DNA from: an uncultured Cellulomonas sp.
GTDB taxonomy: Bacteria > Actinomycetota > Actinomycetes > Actinomycetales > Cellulomonadaceae
Assembly: GCF_963527515.1 (NCBI RefSeq)
Contig: NZ_CAURTV010000007.1
Location: 10,910 to 74,909, forward strand
Reading direction: 5' to 3'
DNA length: 64,000 bases
The notes below the pieces were generated by a model, which was not told the origin of the DNA, searched no databases, and was given only the letters and a program-made list of their open reading frames with translations. The translations under genes were made by a program, and so were the position numbers. Below are positions 39,900 through 49,944 of the stretch, one piece after another (the first letter of the stretch is position 1; each line of letters starts with the position of its first letter).

Positions 39900-41144
39900 A
39901 TGAGCCACGTACCCGACGTCGTCGTCACCGGACTGGGGGCGACCACGCCCCTCGGCGGAGACGTGCCCAGCACCTGGGCCGCCGCGCTCGCCGGCGAGTC
40001 CGGTGCCCGACCGTTCGAGAACGACTGGGTGGAGGCCTACGGGCTGCCCGTCACCTTCGCCGCGACCATCAAGGTCAAGCCGGAGGAGGTCCTGCCCCGC
40101 CCCGAGATGAAGCGGATGGACCCGTCCGCGCAGTACGCGATCATCGCAGCGCGCGAGGCCTGGGCCGACGCCGGCTCCCCCGAGGTCGACGGCGACCGCC
40201 TGGGTGCGGTCGTCTCCTCCGGCATCGGCGGCATCTGGACCACCCTCGACGCCTGGGACACGCTGCGGGAGAAGGGCGCGCGTCGCGTCCTGCCCATGAC
40301 GGTGCCCATGCTCATGCCCAACTCGCCCACCGCCTACGTCTCGCTCGAGCTCGGCGCCCGGGCCGGCGCGCACGCGCTGGTGTCAGCGTGTGCCACCGGC
40401 GCGGAGGCCATCGGCTACGCCGTGGAGATGATCCGCACCGGCCGGGCCGACATCGTCGTGGCCGGTGGCACCGAGGCGTCGATCCACCCGATGCCCGTCG
40501 CGGCCTTCGCGGCGTCCCGCACCCTGTCGCTGCGCAACGACGACCCCGAGGGTGCCTCGCGCCCCTACGACGTCGACCGCGACGGCTTCGTGCTCGGCGA
40601 GGGGGCGGGCGTCGTGGTGCTGGAGAGCGCCGAGCACGCCGCAGCCCGTGGCGCGCGCGTCTACGGGCGCATCGCGGGGGTGGGCCTGTCCGCGGACGGC
40701 TACCACATGACCTCCCCCGAGCCCTCGGGCGACGGCCAGATCCGGGCCATGCGGGCGGCGCTCGAGGAGTCCGGGGTGGACCGGCTCGACGTCGTGCACG
40801 TCAACGCGCACGCCACCTCCACGGTGGTCGGTGACCTCATCGAGGCCCGGTCGATCCGCGGTCTGCTCGGCGACGAGGCGGACCACGTGGCCCTCTCAGC
40901 CACCAAGTCCATGACCGGGCACCTGCTGGGCGGGGCGGGTGCGCTGGAGACGATCTTCACCATCCTGGCGCTGCACGACCGCCAGGCACCCCCGACGATC
41001 AACGTGGAGAACCCCGACCCGGAGCTGGTGCTCGACCTGGTCCGCGACAAGCCCCGCGCCCTGCGCGACGGTGACATCGCGGCGGTCAACAACTCGTTCG
41101 GCTTCGGCGGACACAACGTCGCCCTCGTGGTGACCTCCGCCTGA
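39900..41144 (+). CDS. fabF: Beta-ketoacyl-ACP synthase II
   Basis: SACATG, NAHATST, KSMTGHLLG, NSFGFGGHN. Confidence 0.96.
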   Translation: MSHVPDVVVTGLGATTPLGGDVPSTWAAALAGESGARPFENDWVEAYGLPVTFAATIKVKPEEVLPRPEMKRMDPSAQYAIIAAREAWADAGSPEVDGDRLGAVVSSGIGGIWTTLDAWDTLREKGARRVLPMTVPMLMPNSPTAYVSLELGARAGAHALVSACATGAEAIGYAVEMIRTGRADIVVAGGTEASIHPMPVAAFAASRTLSLRNDDPEGASRPYDVDRDGFVLGEGAGVVVLESAEHAAARGARVYGRIAGVGLSADGYHMTSPEPSGDGQIRAMRAALEESGVDRLDVVHVNAHATSTVVGDLIEARSIRGLLGDEADHVALSATKSMTGHLLGGAGALETIFTILALHDRQAPPTINVENPDPELVLDLVRDKPRALRDGDIAAVNNSFGFGGHNVALVVTSA

Positions 41145-41152
41145 CGCACGAC

Positions 41153-41186
41153 AGAGCCCTGGGTGCCACGCGGCGCCCAGGGCTCT
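41153..41186. terminator. Hairpin between convergent fabF and DUF3145
   Basis: AGAGCCCTGGGTGCC-ACGC-GGCGCCCAGGGCTCT. Confidence 0.75.
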
Positions 41187-41201
41187 CTCGTACCCGACCG
41201 G

Positions 41202-41702
41202 TCAGCCCACGCGGTGCAACCAGCGGACCGGAGCGCCGGCGCCGGCGTAGCGGAACGGCTCCAGCTCGTCGTCCCACGCCTGACCGAGCGCCAGGTCCAG
41301 CTCGGAGCGCAGCCGCACCGGGTCGGCGGCGTGCTCGAGGGCGGCCCGGATGCGGTCCTCGGGCACGACGATGTTGCCGTGCACGTCGGTCGCGGCGTGG
41401 AAGATGCCCAGCTCCGGCGTGTGGCTCCACCGGGAGCCGTCCACACCGTGGCTGGCCTCCTCGGTGATCTCGTAGCGCAGGTGTGCCCAGCCGCGCAGCG
41501 CGGACGCCAGCCGCGCCCCGGTGCCCTGGGCGCCCTGCCACGAGTGCTCCGCGCGGTAGAAGCCCGGTCCCGCCGGCTGCGCCGTCCAGTCGAACGTGGC
41601 GCGGGTGCCCAGCACGTTGCCTGCCGCCCACTCCACGTGGGGGCACAACGCACGGGGCGCGGAGTGCACGAAAAGTACACCGCGGGTGATCGCACCTGCC
41701 AT
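41202..41702 (-). CDS. DUF3145 family protein
   Basis: GVLFVHSAP.ALCPHVEWA, LRYEITE, WDDELEPFR; standard position after fabF. Confidence 0.92.
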   Translation of the reverse strand: MAGAITRGVLFVHSAPRALCPHVEWAAGNVLGTRATFDWTAQPAGPGFYRAEHSWQGAQGTGARLASALRGWAHLRYEITEEASHGVDGSRWSHTPELGIFHAATDVHGNIVVPEDRIRAALEHAADPVRLRSELDLALGQAWDDELEPFRYAGAGAPVRWLHRVG

Positions 41703-41839
41703 GTCGTCCTCCTGAACGGGGCTCGAGGTTCGCCTTCCCCAACGACCTCAGTCACGTTCACAGGACTCGTATGACGTAGAAACAGCGCGCGCGGCGTGCT
41801 GGGGACAGCATGCCGGAGGAACGGGACGAGCGCCAGCGA

Positions 41840-42328
41840 CTACAGCGTGTCGCGGATCGCGCGCATCGCCTTCTTGCGCACGGAGCGCTCGAGGCGGTCC
41901 AGGTAGAGCATCCCGTCGAGGTGGTCGACCTCGTGCTGGAGGCATCGCGCCATGAGCTCGACGCCCTCGACGACGACCTCCTTGCCGTCCAGGTCGGTGC
42001 CGACCACCCGCGTGTACCAGGACCGGTGCGTCGGGAACCAGAGGCCGGGGACCGACAGGCATCCCTCGTCGCCGTCCTGGTACTCGTCCTCGGACAGCTC
42101 GACGATCACGGGGTTGAGCACGTAGCCCACCTCGTCGTCGATGTTCCAGGAGAACGCCCGCAGGCTCACGCCGATCTGGTTGGCGGCCAGGCCGGCGCGC
42201 CCCTCGGTGTCCACGGTCTCGAGCAGGTCCTCGACGAGCCCGCGCACGCGGTCGTCGACTGTCGTGATCGGGTCGCACGGGGTCCGCAGGACGGGGTCTC
42301 CGACAGTCCGGATCTCTCGCATCGCCAT
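41840..42328 (-). CDS. def: Peptide deformylase
   Basis: [22 protein letters not shown]. Confidence 0.95.
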   Translation of the reverse strand: MAMREIRTVGDPVLRTPCDPITTVDDRVRGLVEDLLETVDTEGRAGLAANQIGVSLRAFSWNIDDEVGYVLNPVIVELSEDEYQDGDEGCLSVPGLWFPTHRSWYTRVVGTDLDGKEVVVEGVELMARCLQHEVDHLDGMLYLDRLERSVRKKAMRAIRDTL

Positions 42329-42446
42329 GCGGCGATCCTCCCACGGCCTGCAGGTCGGCGAGGCACGCCGGACGGCGTCGCGCGGCTGCGCTCGGTACGG
42401 TGCACGAGGGCCCGGCCGTGACGGCCCCCGACGCGGAGGGACTGCG

Positions 42447-43700
42447 ATGCCGACCGAGGAACCACCACCGAACGGCGTGCACTCCGAGGTGGGGCGGCTG
42501 CGCAAGGTGCTCGTCTGCGAGCCCGGCCTGGCGCACCGGCGGCTGACCCCCACCAACGCCGGGGACCTGCTGTTCGACGACGTGCTGTGGGTCGAGAACG
42601 CGATCAGCGACCACCGCGCGTTCGTCGCGGAGCTGCGGTCGCGTGGCGTGGAGGTGCTCGAGCTGCACGACGTCCTGGCGCAGACGATGGCGGTGCCGGG
42701 AGCACGCGACTGGCTGCTGGACCGCAAGATCGTCGCCGACGACGTCGGCCTGGAGCTCGTCGACGACGCGCGCGAGTTCCTCGACAGGCTCGAGCCCCGG
42801 CGGTTGGCCGAGTTCCTCATCGGTGGCCTGGCGACCGTCGACATCACGGGCGGGTTCGACGACGGCCACTTCGCCCTCGCCGAGTACTCCCCCGACTCCC
42901 GCGAGTACGTGATGCCGCCGCTGCCCAACACCCTCTACACGCGCGACACCACGTGCTGGCTGTACGGCGGGGTCACGCTGAACCCGCTCTACTTCTCGGC
43001 CCGCCGCGACGAGACGCTGCTGATGAAGGCCGTCTACCTCTTCCACCCCGACTTCGTCGGCTCGACCGTGTGGTGGGGCGACCCCGAGCGGCACTGGGGC
43101 CGATCGACCATAGAGGGCGGGGACGTCATGCCCGTCGGCAACGGCACCGTGCTCGTGGGGATGAGCGAACGCACGTCCCGCCAGGGCATCACGCAGCTGG
43201 CCGCCGCCCTGTTCGCGCAGGGGGCCGCGGAACGCGTGGTGGTGGCGGGTCTCCCCCGGCTGCGCTCGGCGATGCACCTCGACACCGTGTTCACCTTCGC
43301 CGACCGCGACGTGGTGACGCTCTACCCCAAGATCGTCGACGCGATCCACCCGTTCACCCTGCGCCCTGGGGACGGCGGGGGCGCCCACATCACCGACGAG
43401 GGCGGCACCCCGTTCGTCGACGTCGTCGCGGGCGCCCTCGGGCTCCCCGGCCTGCGGGCGATCGAGACCGGCGGTGACGTGTACGCGTCCGAGCGCCAGC
43501 AGTGGGACAGCGGGAACAACGCCGTCGCCGTGGAGCCGGGCGTTGTGTTCACGTACGACCGGAACACGACCACCAACGCCCTGCTGCGGGCGGCCGGGAT
43601 CGAGGTGGTCGAGATCCGCGGCGCCGAGCTGGGTCGCGGTCGGGGCGGCGGTCACTGCATGACGTGCCCGATCTCCCGGGACCCGCTGCCGGAGACATGA
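42447..43700 (+). CDS. arcA: Arginine deiminase
   Basis: [41 protein letters not shown]. Confidence 0.95.
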   Translation: MPTEEPPPNGVHSEVGRLRKVLVCEPGLAHRRLTPTNAGDLLFDDVLWVENAISDHRAFVAELRSRGVEVLELHDVLAQTMAVPGARDWLLDRKIVADDVGLELVDDAREFLDRLEPRRLAEFLIGGLATVDITGGFDDGHFALAEYSPDSREYVMPPLPNTLYTRDTTCWLYGGVTLNPLYFSARRDETLLMKAVYLFHPDFVGSTVWWGDPERHWGRSTIEGGDVMPVGNGTVLVGMSERTSRQGITQLAAALFAQGAAERVVVAGLPRLRSAMHLDTVFTFADRDVVTLYPKIVDAIHPFTLRPGDGGGAHITDEGGTPFVDVVAGALGLPGLRAIETGGDVYASERQQWDSGNNAVAVEPGVVFTYDRNTTTNALLRAAGIEVVEIRGAELGRGRGGGHCMTCPISRDPLPET

Positions 43701-43757
43701 GAAGAGCCCCTCCCGGGGTCGGGAAGGGCTCGTCTCGAGACTAGCGGAGCGGTGAGC

Positions 43758-43976
43758 TCACTCAGCAGCGCGCTGCGTGGGGACACCGGTGAGGAGCGAG
43801 CGCACCTCGGCCTCGTGGAAGCGGCGGTGGCCGCCGAGGGTACGGACGGCCGAGAGCTTGCCGGCCTGGGCCCAGCGCGTGACCGTCTTGGGGTCCACGC
43901 GGAAGAGCACGGCGACCTCGCCCGGCGTGAGCAGAGCGCCCTGCGAGAGGGGAGCGTCGGAAGTGGTGACAGCCAT
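43758..43976 (-). CDS. bldC: BldC-family transcriptional regulator (MerR-like small wHTH)
   Basis: LLTPGEVAVLFRVDPKTVTRWAQAGKLSAVRTLGGHRRFHEAEVRSLL, very close to the Streptomyces BldC core; AGGAG SD. Confidence 0.93.
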   Translation of the reverse strand: MAVTTSDAPLSQGALLTPGEVAVLFRVDPKTVTRWAQAGKLSAVRTLGGHRRFHEAEVRSLLTGVPTQRAAE

Positions 43977-43988
43977 GATGGTTCTCCT

Positions 43989-44069
43989 GTCGTTCGGTAG
44001 CTCGGCTGGCCATGTAGGCCCCGTGGCTTTGCGTCCCCGCCTTGCAGCGGGTTTGCCGTTGTCGCTGAC
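43989..44069 (-). promoter_or_regulatory. Cyclic di-GMP class I (GEMM-I) riboswitch
   Basis: GGCAAA-CCCGCT-GCAA-GGCGGG-GACGCAAAGCC-ACGGGGCCTACATGGCCAGCCGAGCTACCGA matches the GEMM-I consensus (GNRA-capped P2, GACGCAAAGCC junction, TACCGA 3' end). Confidence 0.9.
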
Positions 44070-44076
44070 AAACGGA

Positions 44077-44105
44077 ACTATGCCCGAATCTGGACGCTTG
44101 TGCAA
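44077..44105 (-). promoter_or_regulatory. Sigma70-type promoter of the riboswitch-bldC transcript
   Basis: TTGCAC-17 nt-CATAGT, ending about 7 nt before the aptamer. Confidence 0.7.
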
Positions 44106-44142
44106 GAACCACCCCCGCACGTTTCGCGCGCAAACGGGTGAT

Positions 44143-44940
44143 TTAAATGCGTCCGAACCGGGCACGGACGAACGAGTAGACACCGAACGCCATGAACCCG
44201 AGAGCCACCACGACCAGCATCGCGACGCCCGCGGGCTGGTCACGCAGGGTGTGGAGCGCACCGTCGAGGCCGGTGGCCTTGGACGGGTCGGCCTGGAGCG
44301 CCGCCGTGACGAAGAGCACACCCACGATCGCCAGCGCCACACCCTTGGCCACGTAACCGACCACGCCGAGGCGCCGGACGACAGGTCCCGCCTGGCCGGA
44401 GGGCAGCCGGTGCAGGTCCTCCAGGAACTTCTTCTTCCACCCCTTGACCACGTGGTAGGCGCCGACGGCGACGATCGCGAGCCCTGCCGCCCCGACCAGC
44501 ACCCGGCCCCCGGGCGCCGCCATGAGCCTGGCCGTCAGGTCCGACGTCTGCGCAGAGCTCGAGGATCCTCCCCCGCGCGCGAAGCCGAGGGCGGCCAGCG
44601 CCAGCGCCAGGTAGACGACCGCGCGTCCGGCCGACTTCGCCCGGTCACCCGCACCGCCCGGCGCTCCGGGCGCCCGCGACCCGCCGTGGATCGCGCGGGC
44701 CACCTGCCACGCACCGAGCGCCGCGAAGGCGACGACCGAGAACCAGAGCACGACGCTGCCGAAGGGGGTCGTCGAGATCGTGGCCAACGCCCCGGACTGG
44801 TCCGCCTGCTGGGAACCGCTGCCGAGCGCGAGGCGCAGCGCGAGCACCCCGATGAGGATGTGCAGGACGCCACTGACGGCGTAGCCCGCCCGTGCCGCCA
44901 GCTCCCAGGACCGTTCCGCGCTCACCGTGCTCGTGGTCAC
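44143..44940 (-). CDS. DUF1206 membrane protein
   Basis: ARAGYAVSG..H, QSGAL...PFG, G.VGY.AKG, GLDGAL..L..QP.G repeats; GAGGAGG SD. Confidence 0.88.
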   Translation of the reverse strand: MTTSTVSAERSWELAARAGYAVSGVLHILIGVLALRLALGSGSQQADQSGALATISTTPFGSVVLWFSVVAFAALGAWQVARAIHGGSRAPGAPGGAGDRAKSAGRAVVYLALALAALGFARGGGSSSSAQTSDLTARLMAAPGGRVLVGAAGLAIVAVGAYHVVKGWKKKFLEDLHRLPSGQAGPVVRRLGVVGYVAKGVALAIVGVLFVTAALQADPSKATGLDGALHTLRDQPAGVAMLVVVALGFMAFGVYSFVRARFGRI

Positions 44941-45026
44941 GACTGACTCTCCTCCTCGGACGACCCCCCGTCGCGCTGATCGTGGCAGGAGGGGCGCCGT
45001 CCGGCGACCGGAGAGACCGGGATGGG

Positions 45027-45100
45027 TGGGGCAGGTGGGGCTTGAACCCACGACCCACGGATTATGAGTCCGCTGCTCTGACCGGCTGAGCTACTGCCCC
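45027..45100 (-). tRNA. tRNA with CAT anticodon, probably tRNA-Ile2 (lysidine-modified)
   Basis: GGGGCAG/CTGCCCC acceptor stem, GCGGA-CTCATAA-TCCGT anticodon arm. Lacks initiator features (C1:A72 mismatch, three GC pairs). Confidence 0.9.
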
Positions 45101-45163
45101 GAGACACGGCACACCCTACCGACGCGGCACCCACCGCCCGGGCGACGCGGGTACCGTGAGGTG

Positions 45164-45676
45164 GTGTCCCTGTTCTCCCGACGCCGGCTCCCCGCCGCCG
45201 ACCGCGCACGCCTGGACCTGCCGTCCGGCGACACCGTGCTGGTGAGCACCCCGCTGTCCGACGGCCGCTGGGCGGTGGCATCCCGCAGCGCCCTGCACCT
45301 GGTCGGCACCGATGGCCCGGTGGTCCGGCACCCCTGGTCCGACGTCGACCACGGCTCCCTCGACCCGGCGACCCGCACCATGACGCTGCGCTGGGTGTGG
45401 GGCGAGTCCGAGCGGCTGACGTTCGCCGAGGCGCCCGGGTCGCTCGCGTTCGCGCAGACCTTCCGGGAGCGCGTCCAGCGGTCGGTCGTCCACGCGGCGG
45501 CCATCAAGCTGCCAGGTGGCCAGCGCGCCCGGGTGGTGCTGCGGCGCGGCGACACCGGCACGATGTTCACGCAGGTGCTCGGGGACACCTCCGTCGACCT
45601 GGCCGACCCCGCTGTCGCCGCTGCCGTGGACGCCGCCGAGAACGAGGTCCGCGACGCCGCCGGGCTGCCCCGCTGA
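45164..45676 (+). CDS. Conserved hypothetical protein between the two tRNAs
   Basis: HPWSDVD, FRERVQRSVV, good codon bias; TACCGT 6 nt before GTG 45164. Confidence 0.75.
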   Translation: MSLFSRRRLPAADRARLDLPSGDTVLVSTPLSDGRWAVASRSALHLVGTDGPVVRHPWSDVDHGSLDPATRTMTLRWVWGESERLTFAEAPGSLAFAQTFRERVQRSVVHAAAIKLPGGQRARVVLRRGDTGTMFTQVLGDTSVDLADPAVAAAVDAAENEVRDAAGLPR

Positions 45677-45724
45677 GCCGTCCGGGGCACCCTCGAACGG
45701 CTGCTAGAGTTTCTTCCCGCACGA

Positions 45725-45800
<76 letters not shown>

Positions 45801-46227
45801 GCAGGACCGCAGGTCAGGCCGCCTCTCGAGGCGGCCTTCGTGCTGTCGTGCCCGATGCGCTCCCGGACACACGGGCGATCGGTTCCGCGGGTGCTTTCCC
45901 GGCAGGGACAGGCCGGCGTCGGAGACCGGCTCGGGTGTCTTCGGTCACCACCTGCGATGCGGGGTTCGTGCGGCTGGGGGCCAAAAGGCCCACCGAGGAC
46001 GCCATCTGCTGCTCCAGTGTGGGGTCCGAGCGCTCGGTACCCGGCCCGCACGGCGACTCGCACGAGCGACGTCCCCGGGCCGGTCGCCCGGACCCGACGC
46101 ACCAGCGCTGCGTCGGGCGCCCTGCAGCCGTACTGACCCCTCGCCGAGCGCGAGCCCCTGTAGCGCCCGCCCTGCTGCACGACGACGCACACGCCTCGTC
46201 GACCACGTGATCCGACAGGAGAACCCC

Positions 46228-46923
46228 GTGACCACCACCGCCGTCGCCTCTCTCGACCCCGCCACGCTCGCCCGGTGCGTCGACCACACCCTGCTCGCGC
46301 CCGGGGCCACGGTCGCGGACGTCGCCGCCCTGGTGGTGGAAGGGGCGCTTCTGGGCGTCTACTCGGTGTGCGTCTCGCCGTCGTTCCTGCCGCTGGACCT
46401 CACCGAAGCGCCGAACCTGCGGGTCGCCGTGGTGTGCGGATTCCCTTCCGGCAAGCACCACAGCACCGTGAAGGCGGCCGAGGCGGCACTGTCGATGCAG
46501 CAGGGGGCCGACGAGGTGGACATGGTGATCGACATCGGCGCGGCCATCGCCGGCGACTTCACCGCGGTCGAGGCTGACATCGCCGCCGTCAGGGCCGCAG
46601 TGCCGGCTCCCGGGGTGCTGAAGGTCATCATCGAGTCCGCGGCACTCGACGACGAGCAGATCGTCGGCGTCTGCCGTGCAGCTGTGGCTGCGGGCGCCGA
46701 CTTCGTCAAGACGTCCACGGGGTTCCACCCGGCCGGTGGCGCCACGGTGCACGCCGTCGAGCTGATGCGCGCGACCGTGGGTCCCACGGTGGGCGTCAAG
46801 GCCTCCGGTGGCATCCGCACGGCCGCCGACGCCGCCGCCCTCATCGACGCGGGCGCAACCCGCCTGGGCTTGTCCGCGACCGGACGCGTGCTCGCCGGCC
46901 TGGACGGCGGCGCCGGCTACTGA
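46228..46923 (+). CDS. deoC: Deoxyribose-phosphate aldolase
   Basis: [39 protein letters not shown]. Confidence 0.95.
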   Translation: MTTTAVASLDPATLARCVDHTLLAPGATVADVAALVVEGALLGVYSVCVSPSFLPLDLTEAPNLRVAVVCGFPSGKHHSTVKAAEAALSMQQGADEVDMVIDIGAAIAGDFTAVEADIAAVRAAVPAPGVLKVIIESAALDDEQIVGVCRAAVAAGADFVKTSTGFHPAGGATVHAVELMRATVGPTVGVKASGGIRTAADAAALIDAGATRLGLSATGRVLAGLDGGAGY

Positions 46924-47074
46924 CCAGCGCACCGGAGCGCGACGATCTGCCCGTGCGCCTCGGATATCGCCGGCGCGGTCCACGCGTGGCGGGTCACGAG
47001 CGGACGGAGGCGTTCACGGCCCTCCGGTGCTCGAGGTGCTCGCCGCCTCCGGCCGGTCCGACGGCCGGGACAAG

Positions 47075-47449
47075 TCATGCGAGGGTGGCGATGATCACGG
47101 CCAGGGCCGGGATGCTCTCGCCGAGCGCACTGAGCCAGAGCCGGCGCTCCGACACGTACAGCACGGCGCCGAGGAGCACGTGGCTCACGCACACGACGAG
47201 CACGAGTGCCCTGCCCACGTCGGGGTCTCCGACGTGGAGCAGGAGGACTCCAAGCAGGCCTGTCAGGCCGAAGCAGAGGTTGTAGAAGCCCACGTTGATG
47301 GCCCACATGCGGACCGCCGGCACGTCGGCCGGCTCGATCAGGAAGATCGGGTACAGCGCCTTGCGATCGTGGAAGAAGACCTCGAGGACCCACATGACGA
47401 CGAGGATCACCGACACGAGCACGGCGAGCACCTGCGCGAACGCGTTCAT
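47075..47449 (-). CDS. DUF1304 family membrane protein
   Basis: Four TM helices; WAINVGFYN motif. Confidence 0.8.
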   Translation of the reverse strand: MNAFAQVLAVLVSVILVVMWVLEVFFHDRKALYPIFLIEPADVPAVRMWAINVGFYNLCFGLTGLLGVLLLHVGDPDVGRALVLVVCVSHVLLGAVLYVSERRLWLSALGESIPALAVIIATLA

Positions 47450-48087
47450 GGATGTGCTCCTCTCGGTGCGACGAGCTGGAGGGCCGCCGTCCCCGGGGCC
47501 CGCCTGACGGCGGTGGTGCGGCCGGTGAGCAGCAGCAGGATGGCTTGGATGGGCCCCTCGACCGCCAGGCCCTCACCGGCGGACCAGGCGGTGTCGGTGG
47601 CGACGAGCCGGTACCCGCGCAGCCGCCGGCGGGCGCGGAACGGGAACGTCCGACGCCACACGAGCGCGGCCGCGGCCGCAGCCGCGTCGACGGGCATGGC
47701 GTGCACACGCCCGAGCGGGACCGCGATGTCCTGGGTGTGGACGAGCACGTCCACCAAGGGGTCGACGTAGGTGGTGCCCAGCGGGTGTCGGCGGCTGCCC
47801 GCCATGAGGTGGTAGTCCTCGATGATCTGCTCGGTCGGGCGCGCGGCCCGGCGTCGCGCCTCGATGTAGATGGCCCGGTCGAAGTCACCGCCCGCTCGCA
47901 GCATCGCGCGCACGACGTCCGTGGGGGTCGCCCGAGGTGAGGAGATGACGTGGGCGGCGACGTCCCGGACCGTCCAACCGGCGCAGAGCGACGGGCTCGC
48001 CCACTCGTCCTCGTCGAGCGACATCAGCAGCGACGCCAGGGCCGCGCGCTCCGCATCGATCGTCCGCCATACCTCGTCGCGGTCCAC
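47446..48087 (-). CDS. Mycothiol-dependent maleylpyruvate isomerase family (MDMPI/DinB-like) protein
   Basis: W..PSLC.GWTVRDVAAH, VHTQDI..PLG, LVATD..W..G.G..V.GP. Confidence 0.9.
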   Translation of the reverse strand: MDRDEVWRTIDAERAALASLLMSLDEDEWASPSLCAGWTVRDVAAHVISSPRATPTDVVRAMLRAGGDFDRAIYIEARRRAARPTEQIIEDYHLMAGSRRHPLGTTYVDPLVDVLVHTQDIAVPLGRVHAMPVDAAAAAAALVWRRTFPFRARRRLRGYRLVATDTAWSAGEGLAVEGPIQAILLLLTGRTTAVRRAPGTAALQLVAPRGAHP

Positions 48088-48121
48088 CCCGCACCCCCGT
48101 TAGTACGATACTCTGTCGAAT

Positions 48122-48142
48122 ATAGTCAGCGTATCTGACCAT
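48122..48142. promoter_or_regulatory. MarR-type operator in the divergent promoter
   Basis: ATAGTCAG-CGTAT-CTGACCAT near-perfect inverted repeat in an AT-rich spacer. Confidence 0.65.
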
Positions 48143-48157
48143 CGTCAAGGAGCCTGG

Positions 48158-48595
48158 ATGCCGTCGCCCGCACCCAATGTCGGTGTGCTGCTCTTCCTGC
48201 CATACCGCGCCATGGAGGCTCGCGTGATCGCCGCGCTGACGGCGGCCGGCTTCGAGGACCTCACCCTCGCCCAGGCGCGCGTGTTCCAGCGGATCGGGCC
48301 GGACGGTACGCGGCTCGGCGAGCTCGCCGAGCAGGCCCAGGTGACCAAGCAGACGGCCGGATTCCTCGTGGACCAGCTCGAGCGCGCGGGGTACGTGCGT
48401 CGGATGCCCGATCCCGACGACGGGCGTGCGCGGCGGGTCCACATCACCGCCCGCGGCGCGCAGGCGCAGACGGCTGCAGGCCGGGTCGTCGCGGACGTGG
48501 AGGCCGAGTGGGAGCAGCACCTGGGCAGCCGCCGCATGGCGATGTTGCGCGACACCCTGGTGCGGTTGCGGGAGATCACCGACCCCTACGCCTGA
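48158..48595 (+). CDS. MarR family transcriptional regulator
   Basis: ELAEQAQVTKQ....LVDQLE..GYV.R.PDP.D.RA..V.IT.RG; AAGGAG SD. Confidence 0.93.
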   Translation: MPSPAPNVGVLLFLPYRAMEARVIAALTAAGFEDLTLAQARVFQRIGPDGTRLGELAEQAQVTKQTAGFLVDQLERAGYVRRMPDPDDGRARRVHITARGAQAQTAAGRVVADVEAEWEQHLGSRRMAMLRDTLVRLREITDPYA

Positions 48596-48641
48596 TGTGC
48601 CGAGCTCGACGGGCGCTCGGTCCAGACGTGCGCGGGGCGCG

Positions 48642-48839
48642 TCAGCTCGCTCGGCGTGCGCGGAAGTCGTCGGCGATCTGCTGGGCCTGGCCCACCACCA
48701 GCTGGCGGTACGTGGCGTAGCGCCGGGCGATCTCGTCGTTGTCGGTGCCGTGGTCGGAGGCGTGGAGCCAGGCGCGCTTGGCCGCGCGGATGTCGTCGTC
48801 GGTCACCTCGACCCGCCACACCGTCTCGTCGTCGCCCAC
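48642..48839 (-). CDS. Small hypothetical helical protein (65 aa)
   Basis: Protein-like composition; good codon bias. Confidence 0.55.
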   Translation of the reverse strand: MGDDETVWRVEVTDDDIRAAKRAWLHASDHGTDNDEIARRYATYRQLVVGQAQQIADDFRARRAS

Positions 48840-49047
48840 GCGCCGAGCATGGCTGACGCAGGACAGTCATGGGACGATAGAGGGTCCTCTTCACCCCGTC
48901 GTTCACGCTCCCGGGGGACCGAGCTCATCCACCATCGGCGTGTCCTCGGCGTGTCGCGGTGCGCACCCGGGACCTCCGGCCCTGGCGTGCGAGCGCGATC
49001 GGCGCAGGGTGGAGCCAGGAGCGTCGCGGGCTCGTCGGAGGTGCATC

Positions 49048-49884
49048 GTGAGCAGTCCGGTCGTCGTCGGATACGACGGGTCGCCCGAGGCGCAGGAGGC
49101 GCTGCGCTGGGCGGCCCAGGAGGCCGGTCGAACGCACCGCCCGCTGCGGCTGGTGCATGTCGGCCTCGGGCAGGGCGGCGCGCAGTCGCTGTCCGACGGC
49201 GTCGAGCGCGCACGGACCGTGGCTCCGGGCGTCGAGGTCACCTCCGCCCTGGACCTGGGCGCCAGCATCGCCGGCGCGCTCGTCGACCAGAGCACCGGAG
49301 CGCACCTGCTGGTGGTCGGTGCGCGCGGCCTCGGTGGCTTCGCCGGGCTGCTGCTCGGGTCGGTGAGCACGGCGGTCGCGGCACACTCCCGGTGCCCGGT
49401 CGTCGTCGTCCGGCACCGGCCCGGACCGTCCGTGGTGCCGGAGGCGCGACCCGTCGTGGTCGGCGTGGACGGCTCGATGACGAGCCTGCGCGCGGTCGAT
49501 CTCGCGTTCGACCAGGCAGCCCAGCGCCGGGCTCCGCTCCGGGCGGTGCACGCGTGGCAGCTGCCCGTCCGGCTGGGGTCGGCACCGGTCTGGACGGGGT
49601 CGGAGATCGAGCAGCAGCTCGCCACGGAGAAGGCGCTGCTGGCCGAGAGCCTGGCCGGGCACATGGAGCAGTACGCCGACGTCGAGGTGCTCCCGTCGGT
49701 CGGCCTGGGCGGACCGGCCGAGGTCGTGCTCGCCGCGTCGGACGACGCCCAGCTGCTGGTGGTCGGCTCCCGAGGACGCGGAGGCTTCCGTGGCCTGCTG
49801 CTCGGGTCCGTCAGCCAGGCGGTCGTGCACCACGCCACCTGCCCGGTCGTCGTCGTGCACCCGGCGGAGCCACCCGCCGTCTGA
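49048..49884 (+). CDS. Universal stress protein, tandem USP domains
   Basis: Two VVVG.DGS ... LLVVG.RG.GGF.GLLLGSVS ... CPVVVV units. Confidence 0.95.
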   Translation: MSSPVVVGYDGSPEAQEALRWAAQEAGRTHRPLRLVHVGLGQGGAQSLSDGVERARTVAPGVEVTSALDLGASIAGALVDQSTGAHLLVVGARGLGGFAGLLLGSVSTAVAAHSRCPVVVVRHRPGPSVVPEARPVVVGVDGSMTSLRAVDLAFDQAAQRRAPLRAVHAWQLPVRLGSAPVWTGSEIEQQLATEKALLAESLAGHMEQYADVEVLPSVGLGGPAEVVLAASDDAQLLVVGSRGRGGFRGLLLGSVSQAVVHHATCPVVVVHPAEPPAV

Positions 49885-49944
49885 CCAGCGGCCCGCCGGA
49901 CGGCCCGGCGACCTTGTGCCCTGCGTGCAATCGGCCGGTGACGC

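Noticed and set aside
43989..44069. cGAMP-specific (GEMM-Ib) variant of the riboswitch
   Set aside because: The discriminator position (44057, G20-equivalent) is G, not A.
45027..45100. Initiator tRNA-fMet
   Set aside because: G1-C72 is paired and the anticodon stem lacks three consecutive GC pairs, so the sequence fits tRNA-Ile2 better.
45814..46206. Coding ORFs between tRNA-Asn and deoC
   Set aside because: Low-complexity translations with no codon bias or motifs. The region holds a terminator-like hairpin (45817-45836) and probably the deoC promoter.
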